Below, piece after piece: positions 19,255-27,107 of a stretch of 64,000 nt of DNA. Numbering within the stretch: position 1 is the stretch's first letter; each line of letters begins with the position of its first letter. The position numbers and the translations under genes were made by a program. Source of the stretch: Candidatus Omnitrophota bacterium (GTDB taxonomy: Bacteria > Omnitrophota > Gorgyraeia > JAHIPI01); assembly GCA_043800065.1 (NCBI GenBank), contig JAZDNG010000029.1, positions 2,837 to 66,836 on the forward strand, read 5' to 3'. Below the pieces are notes generated by a model. That model was not told the origin of the DNA. It saw nothing but the letters and a program-made list of their open reading frames with translations, and ran no database searches.

Positions 19255-20016
19255 ATGTCGGAATTACTCAAAACAAAACTAAAAAGGCAAGTACTTACAA
19301 TAGGTTCATGGATTACGTTTGGGCATACTTCCATCGCTGAAATTATGGCGAAAGGCGGCTTTGATTGGCTGACAGTGGATATGGAGCATTCTGCAATCAC
19401 GCTCAGCGAGGCGCAAAAGCTAATCCAGATTATTGAACTTGCCGGTATTGCGCCGCTGGTTAGGGTCGGCGAAAACGACGCATGCCTTATAAAACGGGTT
19501 ATGGATGCAGGCGCACACGGAGTAATTGTGCCGATGGTTAATAGTAGAGAGGAAGCGATAAAAGCAGTGGACGCTGTCAAGTATCCGCCGGCAGGCAGAA
19601 GAGGCGTGGGGCTCGCGCGAGCCCAGGGCTACGGCCTGGAATTCGAAAAATATAAGAAACGCATAAATAAAGAAAGTATAGTTGTGACCCAGATCGAAAG
19701 CATAGAGGCTATTGATAATTTGAAAGAGATATTAGAAGTTGAAGGGGTGGATGCAAGCATTATCGGCCCTTACGATCTATCCGCTTCCCTGGGATATCCG
19801 GGCGAATTTGAAAGGAAAGAAGTGAAGGAGGCAATAAAAAGATATATAAGGGTATGCAAAGAGCTTAAGAAGTCTGCGGGACTGCACGTTGTTCCTCCAG
19901 TTGCAAAAAAACTTGATGATGCAATAGAGAAAGGTTTTAAGTTTATAGGATTCGGATTTGATGCGCTTTTTTTAGGCCAGAAAATTAAAGAGGAGTTAGA
20001 AAAAATAAAGAGATGA
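19255..20016 (+). CDS. HpcH/HpaI-family class II (pyruvate-dependent) aldolase
   Basis: …SWITFGHTSIAEIMAKGGFDWLTVDMEHS… and the …PMVNS.EEA… pattern are characteristic of HpcH/HpaI and citrate-lyase-beta-like aldolases. Confidence 0.7.
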   Translation: MSELLKTKLKRQVLTIGSWITFGHTSIAEIMAKGGFDWLTVDMEHSAITLSEAQKLIQIIELAGIAPLVRVGENDACLIKRVMDAGAHGVIVPMVNSREEAIKAVDAVKYPPAGRRGVGLARAQGYGLEFEKYKKRINKESIVVTQIESIEAIDNLKEILEVEGVDASIIGPYDLSASLGYPGEFERKEVKEAIKRYIRVCKELKKSAGLHVVPPVAKKLDDAIEKGFKFIGFGFDALFLGQKIKEELEKIKR

Positions 20017-20777
20017 ATATCATAGGCATAATTCCTGCAAGGATGGCTTCAAATAGATTTCCCGGCAAACCCTTGGCAGAGATAATGGGCAAGGCAATGA
20101 TATATCACGTCTACTGGCGAAGCAGGATGGCAAGGAGTTTGAATGAAGTCTATCTTGCTACGTGCGATAAGGAGATAGAGCGGTATTGCCGGGAAAATAA
20201 AATGAATGTAATAATGACCAAAGATACACACCAGCGCGCTTCGGACAGGGCCGCGGAAGCGCTAAAAAAAATAGAGAAGAAAACGGGCAGGAGAGCCGAT
20301 ATCGTTGTTATGATTCAGGGGGATGAGCCGATGCTTGTTCCTAAAATGATAGATGCCGTACTTCGGCCCATGTTGAAAGATAAAAGCATTTCTGTGGCAA
20401 ATCTTATGTACGAAATTAAAAGCGCGAAAGAAGGCCATAATCCCAATATAGTAAAGGTCGTAAAGGATAAGGATAATTACGCCCTTTATTTTTCCAGGGA
20501 AGCCATACCTTCGGAGAAAAAGGCAAAAAAAGGTATAGTGAAGTACAAACAGATTGCCATTATTCCCTTTAAGCGGGATTTTTTGATAACTTTCAATAAA
20601 CTTCCCCAGATGCCCTTGGAGATCATTGAATCGGTTGATATGTTGAGAGTTTTGGAGCATGGGTATAAGGTAAGGATGGTTATGTCTCCGGTTAATACAT
20701 ATGGAGTAGATACGCCCGGCGATTTTAAAATGGTAAGAAAACTAATGAGCAGGGATCACTTGATTTCGCGCTATTAA
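20013..20777 (+). CDS. KdsB-like CMP-ulosonic acid cytidylyltransferase (CTP_transf_3)
   Basis: IIGIIPARMASNRFPGKPLAEI N-terminus as in CMP-Kdo synthetase. This is a second cytidylyltransferase in the locus. Confidence 0.7.
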   Translation: MNIIGIIPARMASNRFPGKPLAEIMGKAMIYHVYWRSRMARSLNEVYLATCDKEIERYCRENKMNVIMTKDTHQRASDRAAEALKKIEKKTGRRADIVVMIQGDEPMLVPKMIDAVLRPMLKDKSISVANLMYEIKSAKEGHNPNIVKVVKDKDNYALYFSREAIPSEKKAKKGIVKYKQIAIIPFKRDFLITFNKLPQMPLEIIESVDMLRVLEHGYKVRMVMSPVNTYGVDTPGDFKMVRKLMSRDHLISRY

Positions 20778-20806
20778 TGGATAATTTTTAGCAAAAGGAG
20801 CCAAAG

Positions 20807-21850
20807 ATGAAACATGGAAAGAAATTAGCCGTTGGCATCGCTGGTTATGGCGTTGTCGGCAAACGCCGACGCGAAGTTATAGACCAACATCCGAATTTGC
20901 ACACTGTCGCCGTATGCGACCAAAGATTTGATAAATCAGGCGCTATGCCGGACGGCGTCCAATATTTCAGTAGTTACCACCGACTTCTCAAGGAGCCGCT
21001 TGATTTACTATTCGTATCTTTGCCTAATTATTTGGCCGCAGAAGTGACTATGGCCGGCCTTAAAAAAGGCCTCCATGTTTTTTGCGAAAAGCCACCGGGT
21101 CGCGATGTTCAAGATGTTGAACGGGTAATTGAGGTCGAAAAAAAACACCCCGGGCTTATATTAAAGTATGGTTTTAACCACCGTTATCATGACTCTGTCC
21201 GCGAGGCCCTGCGAATTATCAAATCGGGTGAATTGGGAGAGATTATTAATATGCGCGGGGTATACGGTAAAGGCAAGATCGTTTCTTTTTCCAGCGGCTG
21301 GCGTGCTGAACGAAAGCATGCCGGAGGCGGTATTTTACTCGATCAGGGCATCCATATGGTGGACCTGATGCAGCTGTTCTGCGGCGATTTTACAGAGGTT
21401 AAAAGTTTTGTTTCAAATAAGTACTGGAAGCATGATCTGGAGGATAATGCTTACGCAATAATGCGTGACAGCCGTGGCCGCGTGACAATGCTACATTCAA
21501 GCGCTACTCAATGGCAGCATCGATTTACTCTTGATATAGCCCTTACCAATGGTTTTTTAGAGCTGCACGGAATTCTTTCCGGCTCCAAAAGTTATGGCGG
21601 GGAAAAACTTGTGGTTGGAAAAAGAGACGAGTCTGACGTAGGTACGCAATGGCATAAAACAATTAACTACCTTGAGGATAACTCCTGGCGCGACGAGATT
21701 TACGAGTTTGCCAACGCTATTATTAATGGCGATACTATCAAATCAGGCGGCAGCTTAGACGCCTTAGAGACCATGAAACTGGTGTATCGTATTTACTACG
21801 CTGATGCTGAATGGCGCCGGGCTTACAATATCGCCAATCCGGACACCTGA
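20807..21850 (+). CDS. Gfo/Idh/MocA-family NAD(P)-dependent oxidoreductase
   Basis: LAVGIAGYGVVGKRRREVI Rossmann N-terminus. …EKPP… motif. Confidence 0.75.
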   Translation: MKHGKKLAVGIAGYGVVGKRRREVIDQHPNLHTVAVCDQRFDKSGAMPDGVQYFSSYHRLLKEPLDLLFVSLPNYLAAEVTMAGLKKGLHVFCEKPPGRDVQDVERVIEVEKKHPGLILKYGFNHRYHDSVREALRIIKSGELGEIINMRGVYGKGKIVSFSSGWRAERKHAGGGILLDQGIHMVDLMQLFCGDFTEVKSFVSNKYWKHDLEDNAYAIMRDSRGRVTMLHSSATQWQHRFTLDIALTNGFLELHGILSGSKSYGGEKLVVGKRDESDVGTQWHKTINYLEDNSWRDEIYEFANAIINGDTIKSGGSLDALETMKLVYRIYYADAEWRRAYNIANPDT

Positions 21851-21934
21851 AAGCATGCAGAAAGCGAAGAGCTGTTAAAAACATAAAATATTCAGACCTT
21901 TAACAAAAAACATTCAGCAGGATAAAGAAAGAAA

Positions 21935-23515
21935 ATGAGAATCCTCTTTTTATACCCCAATAAAGTAATGGCAACACGTATGCCACTTGGCATCGGTTAT
22001 CTGTATTCGTATCTGAAAAAAAATGGCCATGATGCTGAGGTTTTTGATACGACATTTTTTAAATGCGGCAACATTCAAAATGATGAAGAATTGCGCGCCT
22101 CATCATTGCAGGTACGTAATCCGGATTTTAAAAAATATAACTTAATAGAGAAAAATGTCGATATTGTTGCTGAACTTGAGCGAAAAATCCAGTCATTTAA
22201 ACCGGATATGATCGCTATGAGCGTTACAGACCCTAATTACAACTTTGGTTTGGAATTGTTGAAAAAGATTAAAAACAAATACAGCAATATCATAACGGTA
22301 GTAGGCGGGGCAACTGTTACGTTTTCTCCAGAGGAAGTAATTGCTGAAGATTGTGTGGATATTATATGTATCGGCGAAGGAGAGGAAGCGATGAGTGAGC
22401 TTTGCAACGCAATACAGCAGGGAAAAGATATAAAAAACATAAAGAATATGTGGGTTAAAGAAAATGGGAAGATTTACAAGAATGATGTCAGGCAATTACG
22501 GGACGTTAATGAAATTTTTCATCCGAACTGGGATATTTTTGATGAGAGGCACCTCTTACGGCCCTTAGGCGGCAAAATGTACCGGATGGGTATATTTTAT
22601 ATGACTCGGGGGTGCCCTTTTCGTTGTACATACTGTGGTAATTTTGCCTTGTCAAGAATGTATGAGCATAAGGGCTCACTTTACAGAGTAAAAAAACCCG
22701 ATTTCTTAATTCAAGAATTAGTATTCTATAAGAAAAAATACAATTTGAATTTTATTTTTTTTACCGATGATCTTTTCCCCCTTCACAAGCCTGAAATCAT
22801 AGATGATTTTTGCAGGCTTTATAAGAAACAGGTGGGACTTCCTTTTTCTGTTGCATTGCGTCCGGAACTTATAACTGAAAAGGATTTCGCCAAGATTGTC
22901 GATGCCGGTTGCCGTAATATCTGCGTGGGATTGGAGTCAGGCAACCCCGGAATAAGAAAGGATGTCTTGGGAAGGGGGTATAAAAACGATGATCTAATTC
23001 GCGTTTTTGGCTTCGCCCGAAAATATAAAATACGCAGCTCTGCCTTCAATATGATAGGCATACCCCATGAAACCAGAGAAAACATTTTTGAAAGTATAGA
23101 GCTTAATAGAAAAGCCAAACCAACCTCTACCACGCTTACTTTTCTTCATCCTTATCGTGGAACAGGCTTAAGGAGTTTATGCATCAAAGAGAAATTTTTT
23201 GACCCCAGTCGAGAAAAAGAATACGAAAATGTTTATAGAGTGGAATCATGCCTTAACCTGCCCACAATTTCTAATAAAGAATTGAGAGGTTTGTTTAAGA
23301 CATTTCAATTATATTTTAAACTCCCCAAAATTTTCTATCCATTAATAAGAATAGCGGAAGGGGATTCATTTTTAGCGAAAGTTATTTTTTACATGTTAAA
23401 ACGAATGTTCTACTATATCACCGATAAAGAATCAAAATGGGATTTTACGGCCTCAGGCCAAAAAGAGCAGGAAAAAGAAAGGAAAGATTGTGAAGAACAT
23501 AAAGTCTTTATTTAA
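21935..23515 (+). CDS. B12-binding (class B) radical SAM enzyme, paralog 3
   Basis: …MTRGCPFRCTYCGN… cluster. GEGEEAM B12-domain motif. 526 aa. AT-rich codon usage. Confidence 0.7.
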   Translation: MRILFLYPNKVMATRMPLGIGYLYSYLKKNGHDAEVFDTTFFKCGNIQNDEELRASSLQVRNPDFKKYNLIEKNVDIVAELERKIQSFKPDMIAMSVTDPNYNFGLELLKKIKNKYSNIITVVGGATVTFSPEEVIAEDCVDIICIGEGEEAMSELCNAIQQGKDIKNIKNMWVKENGKIYKNDVRQLRDVNEIFHPNWDIFDERHLLRPLGGKMYRMGIFYMTRGCPFRCTYCGNFALSRMYEHKGSLYRVKKPDFLIQELVFYKKKYNLNFIFFTDDLFPLHKPEIIDDFCRLYKKQVGLPFSVALRPELITEKDFAKIVDAGCRNICVGLESGNPGIRKDVLGRGYKNDDLIRVFGFARKYKIRSSAFNMIGIPHETRENIFESIELNRKAKPTSTTLTFLHPYRGTGLRSLCIKEKFFDPSREKEYENVYRVESCLNLPTISNKELRGLFKTFQLYFKLPKIFYPLIRIAEGDSFLAKVIFYMLKRMFYYITDKESKWDFTASGQKEQEKERKDCEEHKVFI

Positions 23516-24137
23516 CGAAACCGATAACGTTGAGGAATTTTCAAAGGGTTATTTCGACTACCTTCATAGCCTTTTGAAGCAGCTTGATACCGGCGCAATT
23601 GCAGGATTCATCGGGGAGCTCGAAACGGTGCGCCGGAATCAAAATACAATATTTTTCATAGGCAACGGCGGCTCCGCTTCCACCGCTTCGCACATGGCTA
23701 ACGACTTTAGCTTGGGCTCCAACGCCTGCGATGATGGCTTGCCGCTACGCTCATTGGCGTTGACAGATAATTCAGCGGTTATGACAGCCGTATCCAATGA
23801 CCATGGCTACCAGAACATCTTTATTCATCAACTTCAGGTTCATTATAGGCCCGGAGATAAATTGGTGGCTATTTCAGCAAGCGGAAACTCACCTAACGTA
23901 GTTGCGGCTGCAAAATGGGTCAAAAAACAAGGCGGCCTGACTATCGGATTCGTTGGCTTCGACGGCGGCAAATTAAAAGATATTTGCGACATAACCATTC
24001 ATGTCAAGACGCCAAAGGGCGAATACGGCCCTGTCGAAGACATACACATTATCCTCGATCATTTGACGTACACGTGGCTGTGGTACCAAAAACGCAGGAA
24101 AAGAGAAACCGAAATATCGGCAGCCAAAAACGGTTAA
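23490..24137 (+). CDS. SIS-domain sugar-phosphate isomerase (GmhA-like), GTG start
   Basis: …IFFIGNGGSASTASHMANDF… matches the GmhA-type SIS signature. Confidence 0.7.
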   Translation: MKNIKSLFNETDNVEEFSKGYFDYLHSLLKQLDTGAIAGFIGELETVRRNQNTIFFIGNGGSASTASHMANDFSLGSNACDDGLPLRSLALTDNSAVMTAVSNDHGYQNIFIHQLQVHYRPGDKLVAISASGNSPNVVAAAKWVKKQGGLTIGFVGFDGGKLKDICDITIHVKTPKGEYGPVEDIHIILDHLTYTWLWYQKRRKRETEISAAKNG

Positions 24138-24146
24138 AGTGAAAGT

Positions 24147-25331
24147 ATGGCAAAGAACATAATTTTTTTAACAAAGAAAAGAAGTCTTGCTGGAATAGAC
24201 CAAGCATTGCCCATTTTTATGGAAATGAGAAAAATATCACCTCAAAGCAATATAATTATTGTTTTCGGCGATAAAAAAATTTATGACCTTACGAAAAGAA
24301 ATTATATCCTTTTGGAAGATATAGAATATGTAAACGGCAAAATGTATGTTCTCAGAGGAAAAAATAAACTCATTACATTATTTAAAATCTTGAAATTCGT
24401 TTTTCTGCTTGCTTTTAAAGAGAATATTATTTTAAGAGAAACAGACAATCTTCCTTGGCACAATATAACCATGAAGCTAATAAAAATGATTTCAAGGGTT
24501 GTCCAAATAAGGGTTTTTTTGGCAGTGCAAAATCCCATTTATTTAAAAAATCTCAATGAATCATCTCTGCTTTATTGGAAAAGAGAAGGAAAAGCAGTTT
24601 TTAAAAATCCTGTTAAGGGAGAATTTGATTATTTCCTATCGGCATTGAGTCCCGGTCAGGTTGAGGATGTTTTTAATGTTAAAGCCCCCAGAAATAAAAT
24701 AGTTGAAGTCGGCTATACTCACGGATTGTCTATATGGCGAAAATATATGGATGACGCCATTAAGCGAAATAAAGTAATAAACAATGGGAAATACTTTCTA
24801 TATGTACTTGCATACCTAGGCAAGCGACGGACCAACTTTGATGAGCCGGAGATAATCGACTTATTAGAAGAATCGTTAAATATTTTAAAAAAATATAATG
24901 GCAAAATCAAGACAATTTTCAAACCCCATCCTGTTACGGACATGGGGAGAGTCAAAAAACTGCTTGATAAAATTAGTTACTCAAACTATGTAATTGATTA
25001 TACCCACCCCTTTATTTTATCATCCAAGGCGCAATTTGTTTTTGGAAATGTCTACTCTTGCACAATGTTAGACGCATATTATCAGGGTAAACCCATTGTA
25101 GAGTATTGCCAATATGACTCAGAACTTTTTATCAGAATGAATAGGCAGTCATGGGGCGGTAGCAGATTCTGCGATTTTTTTATTTATCGCGACAAGAAAA
25201 AACTGGATGAGGTTTTGGATAGATTGATTAATAATGAAATAAAAGTAGAGCGAGAGCCAAAATTTATGCAGGATAATTTTCCAGATACGCCGCCGCAATT
25301 TTATGAATTTTTACATAAGCTGCTTTCTTAA
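24147..25331 (+). CDS. Hypothetical protein, second candidate HP-motif glycosyltransferase. About 30% GC.
   Basis: 394 aa. …IFKPHPVTD… HP motif as in the 16007 ORF and ulosonate transferases. Markedly AT-rich relative to its neighbours. Confidence 0.3.
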   Translation: MAKNIIFLTKKRSLAGIDQALPIFMEMRKISPQSNIIIVFGDKKIYDLTKRNYILLEDIEYVNGKMYVLRGKNKLITLFKILKFVFLLAFKENIILRETDNLPWHNITMKLIKMISRVVQIRVFLAVQNPIYLKNLNESSLLYWKREGKAVFKNPVKGEFDYFLSALSPGQVEDVFNVKAPRNKIVEVGYTHGLSIWRKYMDDAIKRNKVINNGKYFLYVLAYLGKRRTNFDEPEIIDLLEESLNILKKYNGKIKTIFKPHPVTDMGRVKKLLDKISYSNYVIDYTHPFILSSKAQFVFGNVYSCTMLDAYYQGKPIVEYCQYDSELFIRMNRQSWGGSRFCDFFIYRDKKKLDEVLDRLINNEIKVEREPKFMQDNFPDTPPQFYEFLHKLLS

Positions 25332-25345
25332 CAAAAGGGAAGAGA

Positions 25346-27103
25346 ATGAGATATCTTTTTGAGTATTTTAGGCACTTCAAGGCATTTGTGGGCCGCAAAG
25401 TCTATTATTTATTTTTTCTGATGCTGATAGCGGGTTTTATAGAAGCGGTCAGCATAACACTTTTTTTGCCTATCCTGCAAAATGGTTTCGGAAGCGACAA
25501 ATTATCGAAAGCGTTGAAGGTTATATTAGATTTCTTCCATATCGGGTTTTCCTTCAGTCTTTTTTTGCTGCTCATTCTCGTGTTTTTTATATTCAGGGCG
25601 GCATTTCTGATTTTTTATGAATATTATTCCGGCAAGGTTACTTCTAGTCTGCTGATCGCCTTAAGGCGCAAACTTGTGGAAGATGTTTTTTCTGCTGATT
25701 ACCTTTATATCATCAAAAAGGAGGTAGGCTATATTAACAATGCGGTTGTCCGCGAAATAGCCTGCATTGTCGAAGCGTTTCAGACCTTTTTGCAGGTATT
25801 GAAATACACGATATTGGCCGCGGTGTATATCGCGCTTTCCATGATATTGAGTTTTAAAATAAGTCTTGTCGTCTTGGTAATCTGTCCCGTTATCATTATT
25901 TGTACGATGAAACTTAACCGGTTGACTAACAAACTTTCTTTGGCTTACAGCGTTTCGTACGGCAAATTTAACTCCATTCTTTTTCAGGCGTTAAGTAAAT
26001 TTAAATACTTGAAGGCGACTTTCTCGAGCCAAAGGATTTCAAAGATTATTGATGCGCAGAATAAAAATTTGGGGGATATAAGGTTTAAGCTGGTGCTTTT
26101 GCAGTCTATCTCAACAAACGCATTTGAACCCATGGTCGTTTTCTTTGTTGCGGGGCTTCTCTTTTATTATGTCGTGGGTTTAGGCAGAAGCGTCAATGAA
26201 ATAATATTTTTGATTTTCCTGTTTTTGCAGGCCGCCAGGGGATTTCTGACCCTCCAGTCATCCTATCGGAGATTTCTAGCCTCAAAAGGGAGCATAGATA
26301 TCTATAAAGAGTTCCAGGGGGAATTGGAAAAGAACAGAGAGTCTCTAAACCTGGAGGGATTCAAGCCGGATTTTAGTAAAGAGATCCTCATCGTGGACGC
26401 CACGGTGATATTCCCAAACGGTAAAAAGGCCCTCGACAATGTCAGTATAACCATTAAACCAAAGTCAGTAGTAGCCTTGGTAGGCCATTCCGGTTCCGGT
26501 AAATCTACAATCGCTAATATGATCACAGGGATATTAAAACCGGCAAGCGGAGAGATCTTATTTGGCGACGTTAGCTACGATAAGATTAACCTAAAAATCT
26601 TGCGCGAGAATGTAGGATATGTCACCCAGGAAGATATAATATTCAACGCAAGCATCAAGGATAATGTTTCCCTGTGGGGCGAGAATATCGACGAGAATAG
26701 ATTGTCCAGGGCTATAGCAATGGCTCACATACGGGGCTTTGTGTCCGATCTTGTCGAAAAAGAAGATGCCTTGCTTGGTGACAACGGCCTGGATGTATCG
26801 GGAGGGCAAAGGCAACGCATAACCATAGCCCGCGAATTATACAGGGATACAAGACTTCTGATATTAGACGAAGCGACAAGCTCCCTCGACAGTAAGTCCG
26901 AAAATCAGATCTACGAAAATCTGAAGGGTTTAAAAGGAGAGAAGACCTTGGTCGTCATTGCTCACCGACTTTCGACGATAAGAAACGCGGATTATATATA
27001 CGTCTTAGATAGCGGCAGGGTTATAGAAGAAGGAACCTACGGAGATCTTTATGAAAAGAAAGGCGAGTTCAAAACGATGATAGAGGAGCAGAAACTTGTC
27101 TAA
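25346..27103 (+). CDS. ABC exporter, fused permease plus ATPase (MsbA/type I exporter-like)
   Basis: Six N-terminal TM helices. Walker A GHSGSGKST, signature LSGGQRQR, Walker B LLILDEATSSLD. Confidence 0.8.
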   Translation: MRYLFEYFRHFKAFVGRKVYYLFFLMLIAGFIEAVSITLFLPILQNGFGSDKLSKALKVILDFFHIGFSFSLFLLLILVFFIFRAAFLIFYEYYSGKVTSSLLIALRRKLVEDVFSADYLYIIKKEVGYINNAVVREIACIVEAFQTFLQVLKYTILAAVYIALSMILSFKISLVVLVICPVIIICTMKLNRLTNKLSLAYSVSYGKFNSILFQALSKFKYLKATFSSQRISKIIDAQNKNLGDIRFKLVLLQSISTNAFEPMVVFFVAGLLFYYVVGLGRSVNEIIFLIFLFLQAARGFLTLQSSYRRFLASKGSIDIYKEFQGELEKNRESLNLEGFKPDFSKEILIVDATVIFPNGKKALDNVSITIKPKSVVALVGHSGSGKSTIANMITGILKPASGEILFGDVSYDKINLKILRENVGYVTQEDIIFNASIKDNVSLWGENIDENRLSRAIAMAHIRGFVSDLVEKEDALLGDNGLDVSGGQRQRITIARELYRDTRLLILDEATSSLDSKSENQIYENLKGLKGEKTLVVIAHRLSTIRNADYIYVLDSGRVIEEGTYGDLYEKKGEFKTMIEEQKLV

Positions 27104-27107
27104 AATT

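Noticed and set aside
23915-24142. 75-aa ORF (R/K-rich)
   Set aside because: Alternative frame inside the SIS isomerase gene.
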